The notes: generated from the letters alone by a model not told the origin. Counted from the first letter of the stretch, positions 28,383-37,728 are shown. The stretch: 64,000 nucleotides of DNA from Dermatophilaceae bacterium (GCA_049582485.1 JBAUUB010000347.1:258-64257), one strand, 5' to 3'. Program-made: numbers and translations.

Positions 28383-29354
28383 TCATGACCCGCTCCCCTC
28401 ACGCAGTGCCGGCAGGACATGCTCGCCGAAGCTGTCCAGGAAGGCACCCTGGGTCTGCCCGACATGGTGGAGGTAGACGTCGTCGAAGCCCAGGTCGAGG
28501 TACTCGGCGATCCACTCCCGGTGCCGACCGAGGTCCTCGGAGATCCGGACCACGCCGTGCACGTCCTCGACCCGGACGAACCTCGACATCGCGTCGAAGG
28601 CATCGACCGTGAGGGTGTCGCCGGCGATCGGGTCGCCGAAGACGTTGCTGCGCCACTGGTCGTGCGCGATCGCCTCCGCCTCCTGCATCGTCGGAGCCCA
28701 GGACAGGTGCAGCTGAAGAGCTGCCCGGCCGCGCCCGCCGTTCTCCCGGTATGCGCTGAGCACCTCCGCGAGGACCTCCATCGGCTGGTTGACGGTCACC
28801 AGACCGTCCGCCCAGGCCGCGACACGAGCGGCGGACTCGGGCGAGATGGCCGGCCCGATCAGCAGCGGCTGCTCGTCCGGGGTCTCCCACACGCGGGCCC
28901 GGGAGACGCGGACCAGGCCGTCACGGCTGACCTCCTGGCCGGCCAGCAGGCGACGGATGATGTCGACGGACTCCTCGAGCCGCGCGACGCGCTCCTCCTT
29001 GGGCGGCCACGGCTCACCGGTGACGGTCTCCTGCATGGCCTCGCCGCTGCCGAGCGCCGCCCAGTACCGGCCCGGGAACATCTGCGCGAGAGTCGCGACC
29101 TGGTGGGCGAGGACGACGGGGTGGTACCGCGGCCCCGGGATCGCGAGACTGCCGATCGGGAACTCGGTGTTCGCGAGCGCGGCGCCGAGCCACGGCCAGT
29201 TGCTGCCTCCATGTCCCTGTCGCGCGCTCCACGGAGTGAGGTGCTCGGAGCACATCGCCATGTCGAAGCCGGCGTGCTCGGCGTGCTGGACGTCGGCGAG
29301 CAGCTGTCGGGGGGTGAGCTGCTCGTGGCTGGCGTGGAAGCCGATCCGTTTCAT
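28383..29354 (-). CDS. LLM-class (luciferase-like) flavin/F420-dependent oxidoreductase
   Basis: MKRIGFHASHEQ...FDMAMCSEHLTPW pattern, as in the TIGR03885-type LLM family. Confidence 0.8.
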   Translation of the reverse strand: MKRIGFHASHEQLTPRQLLADVQHAEHAGFDMAMCSEHLTPWSARQGHGGSNWPWLGAALANTEFPIGSLAIPGPRYHPVVLAHQVATLAQMFPGRYWAALGSGEAMQETVTGEPWPPKEERVARLEESVDIIRRLLAGQEVSRDGLVRVSRARVWETPDEQPLLIGPAISPESAARVAAWADGLVTVNQPMEVLAEVLSAYRENGGRGRAALQLHLSWAPTMQEAEAIAHDQWRSNVFGDPIAGDTLTVDAFDAMSRFVRVEDVHGVVRISEDLGRHREWIAEYLDLGFDDVYLHHVGQTQGAFLDSFGEHVLPALREGSGS

Positions 29355-29415
29355 CGCTCCACCCCACCGCACGCAGGTGCGGGATGCAAGCCGGCCGCAG
29401 GGTCGTCCGTCGAGG

Positions 29416-30078
29416 TCAGGCCCTGGGCGGGTCGATCCGCCCCTCGGGTCCGGGTTCCACGGACGGCGTGTCGTCGGAGCCGGTGAACGACCCGGGCGGG
29501 GGGATCTCGGCCTCGCGCTGGCCGAAGTCGACCCGCACCGGATCGCGCTCGGTCCCCTCGACCTCGAAGTACTCCTCCTTGGAGACGTTGGCGATGCCGG
29601 CGACGAAGTTCGTCGGGATGGTCTCGACCTTGGTGTTGAGCTCGCGGACGCTGGCGTTGTAGTACCGGCGCGCCGACGCGATCCGGTCCTCGGTTCCGGT
29701 GAGCTCGTTCTGCAGGGCCAGGAAGTTCTGGTTCGCCTTCAGGTCGGGGTAGGCCTCGACGACCGCCAGCAGGCGGCCGAGCGCCTGGGTCAGCATGCCC
29801 TCGTGCTCGGCGGCCTGGGCGGGGGTCTGCCCGGGCGACATCGCCGCGGCGCGGGCGCGCATGACGTCCTCGAGTGTCCCGCGCTCGTGTGCGGCGTAGC
29901 CCTTCACCGTCTCGACGAGGTTGCCGATCAGGTCGTGCCGGCGCTTGAGCTCGGTGTCGATCTGCGCCCAGGCCTCGTGGACGAGGTTGCGCAGCTTGAT
30001 CAGGCCGTTGTAGCCACTGACGAACCACAGCACCAGGGCCAGCAGGATGACACCGATGACGATGAAGGCGATGGTCAT
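29416..30078 (-). CDS. LemA family protein
   Basis: N-terminal TM segment, then YNGLIKLRNLVHEAWAQIDTELKRRHDLIGNLVETVKGYA. Confidence 0.85.
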   Translation of the reverse strand: MTIAFIVIGVILLALVLWFVSGYNGLIKLRNLVHEAWAQIDTELKRRHDLIGNLVETVKGYAAHERGTLEDVMRARAAAMSPGQTPAQAAEHEGMLTQALGRLLAVVEAYPDLKANQNFLALQNELTGTEDRIASARRYYNASVRELNTKVETIPTNFVAGIANVSKEEYFEVEGTERDPVRVDFGQREAEIPPPGSFTGSDDTPSVEPGPEGRIDPPRA

Positions 30079-30224
30079 GCGATCAGCCTAGCCGCGCATG
30101 ACCCGGGGGACGGAAGATCACGATTCGATAACGGGCCACGCAACCGGTGGCCTACTCCGGAGTAACCATTGTGACCTGCACCACACTCAGGCGAGCAACC
30201 GCCCGTCGACCGGAGGAGTACATC

Positions 30225-30659
30225 ATGGCGGACACAGTCCTGGTCGGTGTCGATCACGGCGACGCGTCGACACGCGCCGTCGAGTTCGCGACCGACCGAG
30301 CACAGCGCAACGGCTGGGAGATCCTGCTCGTCCACGTCATCAACTGGTCGCCGTACTCGATGAACACACCATCCGAGAACGAGGAACGGCACCGGCAGCG
30401 CCAGAGCGAGATCGAGCACGCGATGAGCCACGTCATCGCTCCTATGCGAGCGATCGTCGAGCATGCCGGGGTGCCGGTGCGGGCCGAGGTCCGCCACGGC
30501 AAGCCGTCGGACACCCTCATCGACCTCGCAGACGACAACGACGTGGTGCACATCATCGTCGGCCGGCTCGGCGACTCGGGCCTGCGTGAAGCCATCTTCG
30601 GCTCCGTGGCGAGCCGCCTCGTCCAGCATGCGAACGTCCCCGTGACGGTGGTGCCGTGA
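30225..30659 (+). CDS. Universal stress protein (UspA family)
   Basis: VLVGVDHGDAS...IIVGRLGDSGLREAIFGSVASRLVQHANVPVTVV. ATG at 30225 after GGAGGAG. Confidence 0.8.
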   Translation: MADTVLVGVDHGDASTRAVEFATDRAQRNGWEILLVHVINWSPYSMNTPSENEERHRQRQSEIEHAMSHVIAPMRAIVEHAGVPVRAEVRHGKPSDTLIDLADDNDVVHIIVGRLGDSGLREAIFGSVASRLVQHANVPVTVVP

Positions 30660-32263
30660 TGGAACAGAGCATGCGCGACCGACAGGCTCCTTCGGCTGGA
30701 TCCGCCAAAGTGCGACTCGCGGTCATCGGGGCGGTCATCCTCGGCTTCTTCGTCGCCATCTTCGTGGGCGCCCCCAAGCCCATCACGTGGCCGAACCCGA
30801 CGCCGCAGTTCGAGGCCGACGCCTCGGCGTTCGACAGGGTGTCGGGCTGGATCACCAGCCTCGTGTTCTACGGCCCCAACGCCGGAGGCGAGGTCGACAT
30901 CCGCCTCATCGTGCTGTGGCTGGTCACGGCGGCGATCTTCTTCACGATCTGGCTCGGCTTCCTCAACGTCCGCGGCTTCAAGCACGCCATTGACCTCGTG
31001 CGGGGCAAGTACTCCGACCCCGATGACGCGGGAGAGGTCTCGCACTTCCAGGCCCTGGCCACCGCGGTGTCCGGCACGGTCGGTCTGGGCAACATCGCCG
31101 GCGTGGCGATCGCCATCTCCATCGGCGGGCCCGGCGCGACGTTCTGGATGATCGTCGCCGGTTTCCTCGGCATGAGCCTGAAGGCCGCGGAGTGCATGCT
31201 CGGCGTCAAGTACCGCCAGGAGCACGCCGACGGCACCGTCTCGGGCGGGCCGATGTATTACCTGCGCGACGGCCTGCGGGATCTCGGACGCCCGGGGCTC
31301 GGCAAGGTTCTCGCGGTCGTCTTCGCCATCTGCATGATCGGCGGCGCGGTCGGCGGCGGCAACATGTTCCAGTCCAACCAGGCCACCGCCCAGATCGTCA
31401 GCCAGGTCGGCGGGGAAGACAGCTTCCTCGGCAACAACCCCTGGATCATCGGCCTGTTCTTCGCCGTCGCGGTCGGCGCGGTGATCATCGGCGGCATCAA
31501 GAGCATCGCGAAGGTGACGGAGAAGGTCGTGCCGTTCATGGCCGTGCTCTACCTGACCGCGGCCGTCATCGTCCTGCTCGTGAACTTCAGCGAGATCCCG
31601 GCCGCCTTCGGCTCGATCATCGACGGGGCGTTCACCGGCGAGGGTGCCACCGGCGGAGTCATCGGCGCACTCATCGTCGGCTTCCAGCGAGCCGCGTTCT
31701 CGAACGAGGCCGGGCTGGGCTCCGCCTCGGTCGCCCACTCGGCGGTGCGGACCAAGGAGCCGGCGACCGAGGGTTTCGTGGCCCTGCTCGAGCCGTTCAT
31801 CGACACCATCGTCATCTGCACGATGACGGCGTTGACGATCATCATCACCGAGGCCTACCTCAACCCCGACGCCTCGGAGCTCGGAGGCGTCGCCCTGACG
31901 TCGAACGCCTTCGAGACGGTCCTGCCGTGGTTCCCGGCGGTCCTCGCCGTGGCCGTGGTCCTCTTCGCCTTCTCGACCATGCTCAGCTGGTCGTACTACG
32001 GCATGAAGGCCACCGGGTACCTGTTCGGCGACAACGTCCTGGCGGAGAACGTGTTCAAGGGGATCTTCCTCTTCTTCACCCTCCTCGGGTCGATCGCCAG
32101 CCTCGGGTCGGTCATCAACTTCTCAGACTCGATGATCTTCCTGATGAGCCTGCCGAACGTCGTCGGCCTCTACCTGCTGGCCAACGTCATTCGCGGCGAG
32201 TTCTCGTTCTACTCCGACCGCATCAAGTCCGGCGAGATCAAGGAGTTCGCCCACCGGCACTGA
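30656..32263 (+). CDS. Alanine/glycine:cation symporter (AGCS) family transporter
   Basis: SHFQALATAVSGTVGLGNIAGVAIAISIGGPGATFWM signature. The start (GTG 30656 or ATG 30659) overlaps the USP stop. Confidence 0.9.
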   Translation: MMEQSMRDRQAPSAGSAKVRLAVIGAVILGFFVAIFVGAPKPITWPNPTPQFEADASAFDRVSGWITSLVFYGPNAGGEVDIRLIVLWLVTAAIFFTIWLGFLNVRGFKHAIDLVRGKYSDPDDAGEVSHFQALATAVSGTVGLGNIAGVAIAISIGGPGATFWMIVAGFLGMSLKAAECMLGVKYRQEHADGTVSGGPMYYLRDGLRDLGRPGLGKVLAVVFAICMIGGAVGGGNMFQSNQATAQIVSQVGGEDSFLGNNPWIIGLFFAVAVGAVIIGGIKSIAKVTEKVVPFMAVLYLTAAVIVLLVNFSEIPAAFGSIIDGAFTGEGATGGVIGALIVGFQRAAFSNEAGLGSASVAHSAVRTKEPATEGFVALLEPFIDTIVICTMTALTIIITEAYLNPDASELGGVALTSNAFETVLPWFPAVLAVAVVLFAFSTMLSWSYYGMKATGYLFGDNVLAENVFKGIFLFFTLLGSIASLGSVINFSDSMIFLMSLPNVVGLYLLANVIRGEFSFYSDRIKSGEIKEFAHRH

Positions 32264-32277
32264 CCCGGCCCGCTCAC

Positions 32278-32316
32278 CGACGGAGGGCTCGAGGGGAATC
32301 CTCGGGCTCTCCGTCG
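32278..32316. terminator. 17-bp stem hairpin between convergent genes (bidirectional terminator candidate)
   Basis: CGACGGAGGGCTCGAGG-GGAAT-CCTCGGGCTCTCCGTCG, with 2 G-U pairs and no clear U-tract. Confidence 0.45.
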
Positions 32317-32354
32317 TCGGTGCGGCGACCTCTACCTCAGGCCGCTCCGGTGCT

Positions 32355-32924
32355 TCAGGCCAGTCCGAGGTCGGCGAGCGAGAACGCGTAGCGGTACTCC
32401 AGCCCGGCCTTCTCGAACCGCTCGGCGGCACCCGTTGCGCGGTCGGCGATCGTGGCCACCGCGAGCACGGTCGCTCCGGCCTCGGTCGCCGCTGTCGCCG
32501 CCTCCAGGGGTGAGGCGCCGGTGGTCGAGGTGTCCTCGACGATGAGCACCCGGCGGCCTGCGACGGCCGGGCCCTCGATGCGCTGCTGCAGCCCGTGCGC
32601 CTTGCCTGCCTTGCGCACGACGAAGGCGTCCAGGCGCTCACCGGCAGCCGCCGCGGCGTGCATCATCGCCGTGGCGACCGGGTCCGCGCCCAGCGTCAGC
32701 CCGCCGACGGCCTCGAACGGCAGGTCGGCGGTGAGGTGGCGCATCACCCGCCCGACCAGCGGGGCCGCCTCGCCATCGAGGGTGATCCGGCGCAGGTCGA
32801 CGTAGTAGTCGGCCTCGCGTCCGCTCGAGAGCGTCACCCGACCGTGCACGATGGCCCGGTCCCTGATGATCTGGAGCAGGCGGGCCCGGTCCTCGTAGAT
32901 GTCGAGAGCGATGTCGTGGGTCAC
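32355..32924 (-). CDS. pyrE: Orotate phosphoribosyltransferase
   Basis: PRPP-binding motif VLIVEDTSTTGAS. GTG at 32924 follows AAGGTGG; an alternative GTG is at 32933. Confidence 0.9.
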   Translation of the reverse strand: MTHDIALDIYEDRARLLQIIRDRAIVHGRVTLSSGREADYYVDLRRITLDGEAAPLVGRVMRHLTADLPFEAVGGLTLGADPVATAMMHAAAAAGERLDAFVVRKAGKAHGLQQRIEGPAVAGRRVLIVEDTSTTGASPLEAATAATEAGATVLAVATIADRATGAAERFEKAGLEYRYAFSLADLGLA

Positions 32925-32943
32925 GCTGGCCACCTTAATGGGG

Positions 32944-33708
32944 TCAGCGGCGGTGCTTCGGCGTCGCCAGCCGGGCGCGCAGCAGGCGCCGAGGAGTGAC
33001 CTGGAGCAGGCCGACCAGGGCCTTGTACCTCGCGCTCGGAACGGAGATCGCCCGTCCGGCGCGGGAGTCGGCGATCGCCGCTGCCACGACGTCGCGCACG
33101 TCGAGCCACGCGGCCTCCGGCAGGTAGGACACGTCCATCTCGCCACGCTCGTGGAACTCGGTGTGGGTGAACCCCGGGCAGAGAGCGGTCGCCGAGACCC
33201 CGGAGCCCGCGAGTTCGGTGGACAGCGCCTCGGTCAGCACGGTGACGTACGCCTTGGCCGCCGAGTAGGACCCGGCCGAGATGAAGGAGGCGACCGACGA
33301 GACGTTGATGATCTCGCCGCGGCCCCTTGCCCGCATCGTCGTCGCAGCCGCGTGGGAGAGCACGAGCACCGCGCGACACATCAGGTCGAACGCCGCCTCC
33401 TCGGTTGCGAGGTCGTTGTCGGTGAACGAGGATCGCAGCCCCAGACCGGCATTGTTGACCAGGACCTCGACCGGGTCCTCGGCGGAGCGCAGGCGCTGGG
33501 CGACACCCTCGAGTGCCGGGCGGTCGACGAGGTCGGCAACGACCACCTCGACAGGAACACCGTAGGTCCGTCTCGTCTCCTCGGCCAGCTCCTCCAGACG
33601 GGATGCGGTGCGCGCTACGGCGACCACCGCATACCCCTGCTCGGCGTACTGACGAACGAACTCGCGACCGATCCCGGCGGTCGCCCCGGTGACAAGGACG
33701 GTAGGCAT
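32944..33708 (-). CDS. SDR family oxidoreductase
   Basis: TGATAGIG cofactor motif, NNAG, and YSAAK catalytic motif. Confidence 0.85.
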   Translation of the reverse strand: MPTVLVTGATAGIGREFVRQYAEQGYAVVAVARTASRLEELAEETRRTYGVPVEVVVADLVDRPALEGVAQRLRSAEDPVEVLVNNAGLGLRSSFTDNDLATEEAAFDLMCRAVLVLSHAAATTMRARGRGEIINVSSVASFISAGSYSAAKAYVTVLTEALSTELAGSGVSATALCPGFTHTEFHERGEMDVSYLPEAAWLDVRDVVAAAIADSRAGRAISVPSARYKALVGLLQVTPRRLLRARLATPKHRR

Positions 33709-33736
33709 GCGAGGCAGCCTATGTTCCTGTCCGCCG

Positions 33737-33958
33737 TCAGTGCTTCGAGTGGCCTTTGAGCACCATGCGCATGATGCGGGCGTTGAACACCACGAAACGG
33801 CCCAGCTGCAGGGGGATGCTCTGTCGCTTGCGCAGGGTGTCGGCCGTGGGCAGCGGCGCCCTGCTCAGGTCGGCGACGGGCGATCCGGGAGGTGCCGTGA
33901 GCCGCTGTTCCCCGCGGTGCGAGGCGAGGGGCGTGGACGAGGGTTCCATGTGGGTCAC
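33737..33958 (-). CDS. Hypothetical small protein translationally coupled to the SQR-like gene
   Basis: The GTG at 33958 overlaps the upstream TGA (GTGA). Basic amphipathic C-terminus RFVVFNARIMRMVLKGHSKH. I recognise no homology. Confidence 0.35.
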   Translation of the reverse strand: MTHMEPSSTPLASHRGEQRLTAPPGSPVADLSRAPLPTADTLRKRQSIPLQLGRFVVFNARIMRMVLKGHSKH

Positions 33959-35418
33959 TCCGGGATGAACTGCCAGCCGAGGCGTGCCTTGGCCTTGTGG
34001 ATGAACAGGTGGTGGAGCATGTACTTCACCCAGTGTCCGGCCAGACCCATCTCTCCCTTGGTGTCCTTGAGATCACGTCCGGTGGGGTACCGGGAGTAGT
34101 CCGGCACGACCGGCATCATGGTCATCGCGGCCGCCGATCCACGCCGCATGCCCGCCCCGGCCGAGGCAACACAGGCCGCTCCCATCTCTGCCATCGACGC
34201 CTCGTGGTTCGGCGCCCCCGGACCGTTCTTGATGCGGTCGACGATCGAGAGCGCCACCGTCTTGCCCATGACCCCGGACGGCATACCCGTCCTCGGTGGG
34301 GAGGGAGCGATGACCGTTCCGTTGGGAGTAGTGCGCGGACGGGAGATCGCATGCGGCGGAGCGAAGGCGATGCCCACGGCCCAGATGTCGTCGTGACCGA
34401 CCGCCTGGTAGCTCCTGGGCCAGTCCTCGGCCCGCCATTCCTCGTACGGCTTCTTCGTGTAGTCGGCATCGACCTTCATGAACCCGCTCGGGGCGAACAC
34501 TGCGTCCGTGATGTCGCTGCCGTCCCGGTCGTAGGCGGCCAAACCCACGCCGCCGAACGGCGGGAGCAGCATCGCGAAGTCGAAGTCGAGGGTGTGGTTG
34601 GCCCCGTCGAGCGTCTCGTAGTGGACCCGGCCCGACTCGACCCGGTTCACGTGTGCTCCGAGAATTGCCTCGACACCCCGCTCGCGGAACAGGCTGCCGG
34701 TCCACAGCTCCGAGGTCGTCTGGAAGCCGCGCTCCTCGAAGGTCATCCCGTCGACACCGAAGTCACCGAGAGCCGCCTCGTTCGTGAGGTAGACGAGCCG
34801 GGCGAGGTCCCGCACCCCGGCTTCTCGCAGCTCGTGGTCGACGTTGAAGACGTACTCGAAGGCCGCACCCTCGCAGGTGCACGTGCCGTGACCCATCCCG
34901 ACGACGAGGGTCTGTCGCTCGCCGGCTCGCAGACGCGCGATCGTCTCGCGCAGCCGCTCCGCCGCCTCCAGAGCGTGGGAGGCGGTGCACACCGAGACCG
35001 TGTGCCCGCCCTCGGGGCCCAGGCCCTCGGTCATCCCGAAGCGAAGCTGCGGTCCGGTCGCGTTGACGAGGTAGTCGTAGCGGATCCGCTGCTTCTCACC
35101 CTGCCGGGTCGCCGCGGTGTGGAGAACGTCGACCGCCGGACGCGGGTCCTGCTCGTCACCGCGGGGACGGATGGCGACGGCTCGGGCCTGGACGAACCGG
35201 ATGCCCTTCTTCGCATAGACCGGGGCGAGCGGGAAGACGACGTCCCGCTCGGCCATCTTGCCGACCCCCACCCAGATGTTGCTCGGTATCCAGTTCCACT
35301 CGGCGTTGGGCGAGACCACGGTGACCGTATGCGCCCCGTCCCTCGGCAGGAGCCGGCTCAGATGGAGAGCGGCCGTGTGGCCGGAGACACCGGCCCCGAG
35401 AACCACGACATCTGCCAT
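33955..35418 (-). CDS. Sulfide:quinone oxidoreductase-like NAD(P)/FAD-dependent oxidoreductase
   Basis: VVVLGAGVSGHTAA dinucleotide fold, GTCTCEGAAFEY (SQR Cys loop-like), and a C-terminal amphipathic membrane anchor. ATG at 35418 with an AAGGAG RBS. The remaining 678 codons of the track ORF are an artefact. Confidence 0.8.
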   Translation of the reverse strand: MADVVVLGAGVSGHTAALHLSRLLPRDGAHTVTVVSPNAEWNWIPSNIWVGVGKMAERDVVFPLAPVYAKKGIRFVQARAVAIRPRGDEQDPRPAVDVLHTAATRQGEKQRIRYDYLVNATGPQLRFGMTEGLGPEGGHTVSVCTASHALEAAERLRETIARLRAGERQTLVVGMGHGTCTCEGAAFEYVFNVDHELREAGVRDLARLVYLTNEAALGDFGVDGMTFEERGFQTTSELWTGSLFRERGVEAILGAHVNRVESGRVHYETLDGANHTLDFDFAMLLPPFGGVGLAAYDRDGSDITDAVFAPSGFMKVDADYTKKPYEEWRAEDWPRSYQAVGHDDIWAVGIAFAPPHAISRPRTTPNGTVIAPSPPRTGMPSGVMGKTVALSIVDRIKNGPGAPNHEASMAEMGAACVASAGAGMRRGSAAAMTMMPVVPDYSRYPTGRDLKDTKGEMGLAGHWVKYMLHHLFIHKAKARLGWQFIPE

Positions 35419-35458
35419 GGTCAGCTCCTTCGCGTCGGTCCCGAGGTGTGTCATCACT

Positions 35459-35492
35459 ATACCCCCCTGGGTATCCGATACACTAGGGGTAT
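35459..35492. promoter_or_regulatory. Two adjacent CsoR/CstR-type palindromes (ATACCCCCCTGGGTAT and ATACACTAGGGGTAT) in a divergent promoter
   Basis: AT-flanked G/C-tract inverted repeats at 35459-35474 and 35478-35492, between the SQR-like gene (-) and the TDT channel gene (+). The second overlaps the ATG at 35491. Confidence 0.5.
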
Positions 35493-36477
35493 GCCGAACG
35501 TGAGCAGCCTCGCACCCCCCGACGCGCGCCTCGCGCACTTCCCGGTGACGCTGTTCTCGTCGGTCATGGGCCTGGGCGGCGTGGCGCTCGCCTGGCGCCG
35601 CGCGGCCATGGTGTGGGACCTTCCCGACTGGCCGTACCTGCTGTTCCTCGCCGTCGCCGTCGGCGCTGCACTCGTCATCGGGACGCTGTACACGCTGAAG
35701 TGGGTCCGTCACCCGGAGGCCGCGCGCGCCGAGCTCGCCCACCCGATCCGGATGGTGTTCGCCCCGACCGTGACCATCGCGATCCTCGTCCTGGCCACCG
35801 GCCTGTCCGAGATCGCTCCCGGCGTGGCGTCGGCACTGTGGTGGATCGGCGCCGTGGGGCACCTCGCGGCGACGGTCGCCGTCCTGACCGCGTGGTTCGG
35901 TCGCGCCGACATCCTCGCCGGGCACGTCACTCCTGCCTGGTTCATCCCGGTGGTCGGCAACGTCGTCACCCCGCTCGCCGCACCGGCCATCGGCTCGGTG
36001 GAGGTCGCGTGGATCTCGTTCGGAGTCGGCGTCGTGTTCTGGCTGGCGCTCCTCCCGCTGCTCCTCCAGCGACTGTTGACCCACGACCAGCCGCTGCCCG
36101 CGAAGCTGCTGCCGACCCTGGCGATCTTCATCGCCCCGCCGGCGGTGACGTTGCTCGCATGGCAGAGCCTGACCGGGGCGGAGGCCGACCCGGTCAGCCT
36201 CGTGCTGCACGGGGCGACCGTCATGTTCGTCGTGCTGCTCCTCGCCCAGGTCGGCCGGCTGCGGAGCCTGCCGTTCGCGCTGCCGTTCTGGGCCTACACC
36301 TTCCCCCTGGCCGCCGCAGCGGTCGCCACCACGACGATCGCCGGACAGGCGGACTGGGTCGGCTACGACCTCATCGCCGTATCGTTGGTCGTCACCTCCA
36401 CCGTCCTCGCCGTCGCCGTCTCCGTCCTGACCCTGCGCGCAGTCCGGCAGGGACGGATCTGCGTCCCGGAAGGATGA
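35491..36477 (+). CDS. TDT/SLAC1/TehA family anion channel-transporter
   Basis: 10-TM protein with the FPVTLFSSVMGLGGVALAW N-terminus typical of TehA/Mae1/SLAC1 family members. Confidence 0.8.
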   Translation: MPNVSSLAPPDARLAHFPVTLFSSVMGLGGVALAWRRAAMVWDLPDWPYLLFLAVAVGAALVIGTLYTLKWVRHPEAARAELAHPIRMVFAPTVTIAILVLATGLSEIAPGVASALWWIGAVGHLAATVAVLTAWFGRADILAGHVTPAWFIPVVGNVVTPLAAPAIGSVEVAWISFGVGVVFWLALLPLLLQRLLTHDQPLPAKLLPTLAIFIAPPAVTLLAWQSLTGAEADPVSLVLHGATVMFVVLLLAQVGRLRSLPFALPFWAYTFPLAAAAVATTTIAGQADWVGYDLIAVSLVVTSTVLAVAVSVLTLRAVRQGRICVPEG

Positions 36478-36481
36478 GCCG

Positions 36482-37225
36482 ATGACGACGCCCGAGCCCG
36501 GCGCCGAGCCGACCGGCGCCACGTCCGGACTCCCCGGCTGGGAGCGGACCCTCGTCGTCGTGGCACACCCCGACGACGAGTCGTTCGGCCTCGGTGGGGT
36601 GATCGACGCACTCGTGACCGCAGGCTCGTCCGTGACCGTGCTCTGCCTCACCGCGGGCGAGGCCTCGACCCTCCACACGGACGACGAGATCGAGCTGACC
36701 CTCGTGCGCGCCGCCGAGCTGGAGCTGGCGGCCGAGCGGCTCGGGGTTGCCTCGACCACGCTCCTGCGGCTCCCGGACGGCGAACTGGACCACCGCATAC
36801 CGGATCTGCTGCGCGCGGTCCGAGAGGCGGTGGACGTGGAGCACCCGGACGGACTCCTCGTCTTCGGCGCCGGCAACGGCGTCACCGGGCACCCGGACCA
36901 CGAGGCAGCCACGTCGGCCGCACTCGCCGTCGCCGCCGAGCGAGGGTTGCCGGTCCTCGAGTGGTGCCTGCCGGCCGCCGTGGCCGATGTGCTCAATGCC
37001 GAGCTGGGTGCAGCGTTCGCCGGCCACGACCCCGAAACCCTGCCGATCATGATCCGCGTCGACCGCGGCCGGCAGCGCCGGGCGATCGAGGCGCACGCCA
37101 GCCAGGCGGTCCCCGGATCGGTCCTCTGGCGCCGCCTCGACCTGCTGGGCGACCTCGAGCATCTCCGCATCACCCACCCTGCCCGACCCCTGCCATCCCA
37201 CGACCCAGGAGCCACCACCCCATGA
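36482..37225 (+). CDS. PIG-L family deacetylase (LmbE/MshB-like)
   Basis: VVVAHPDDESFGLGG zinc-binding motif and a later HPDH. Confidence 0.8.
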   Translation: MTTPEPGAEPTGATSGLPGWERTLVVVAHPDDESFGLGGVIDALVTAGSSVTVLCLTAGEASTLHTDDEIELTLVRAAELELAAERLGVASTTLLRLPDGELDHRIPDLLRAVREAVDVEHPDGLLVFGAGNGVTGHPDHEAATSAALAVAAERGLPVLEWCLPAAVADVLNAELGAAFAGHDPETLPIMIRVDRGRQRRAIEAHASQAVPGSVLWRRLDLLGDLEHLRITHPARPLPSHDPGATTP

Positions 37226-37677
37226 GTCCTCGCCGCGCCGTCGCAGTCGCCCTCTCCACCGTCCTCGCCGTCATCGGCTTGTCCGCATGTTCGTCCTCGG
37301 ACGCGGGGGTGAGCGCCACCGAGGGGCCGGTGGCCACTGCGCCGCCGGCCGCCGGGACCGAGCTCGACGCCGCCGGCTTCGCCGCGGCGCTCAAGGCCCC
37401 GGAGACCGTCATCCTCGATGTGCGCACGCCGGAGGAGTTCGCCGGGGGGCACATCCCCGGTGCGGTCAACATCGACGTCCAGTCACCCGCGTTCGCGAGC
37501 CAGGTGGCCGCGCTCGACCCGCACGTCCCCTACGCGGTGTACTGCCGCTCCGGCAACCGGTCGCAGGTCGCGCTCGACCTCATGGCCCAGGTGGGGATCA
37601 CGGACGCCTACCACCTGGGCGGCGGGGTCGGAGCCTGGCAGCAGGCCGAGGGCGAGCTGGTTTCGGGCGCCGAGTGA
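37222..37677 (+). CDS. Rhodanese-domain lipoprotein (sulfurtransferase-like)
   Basis: Lipobox LSAC. Rhodanese fold with the active-site loop CRSGNRS. The ATG overlaps the upstream stop (ATGA). Confidence 0.8.
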   Translation: MSPRRAVAVALSTVLAVIGLSACSSSDAGVSATEGPVATAPPAAGTELDAAGFAAALKAPETVILDVRTPEEFAGGHIPGAVNIDVQSPAFASQVAALDPHVPYAVYCRSGNRSQVALDLMAQVGITDAYHLGGGVGAWQQAEGELVSGAE

Positions 37678-37728
37678 GGCCGGCGGCACCCGTCGTAGCG
37701 GCCCTAAGCAGGTGCTTAGGCTAGGAGC

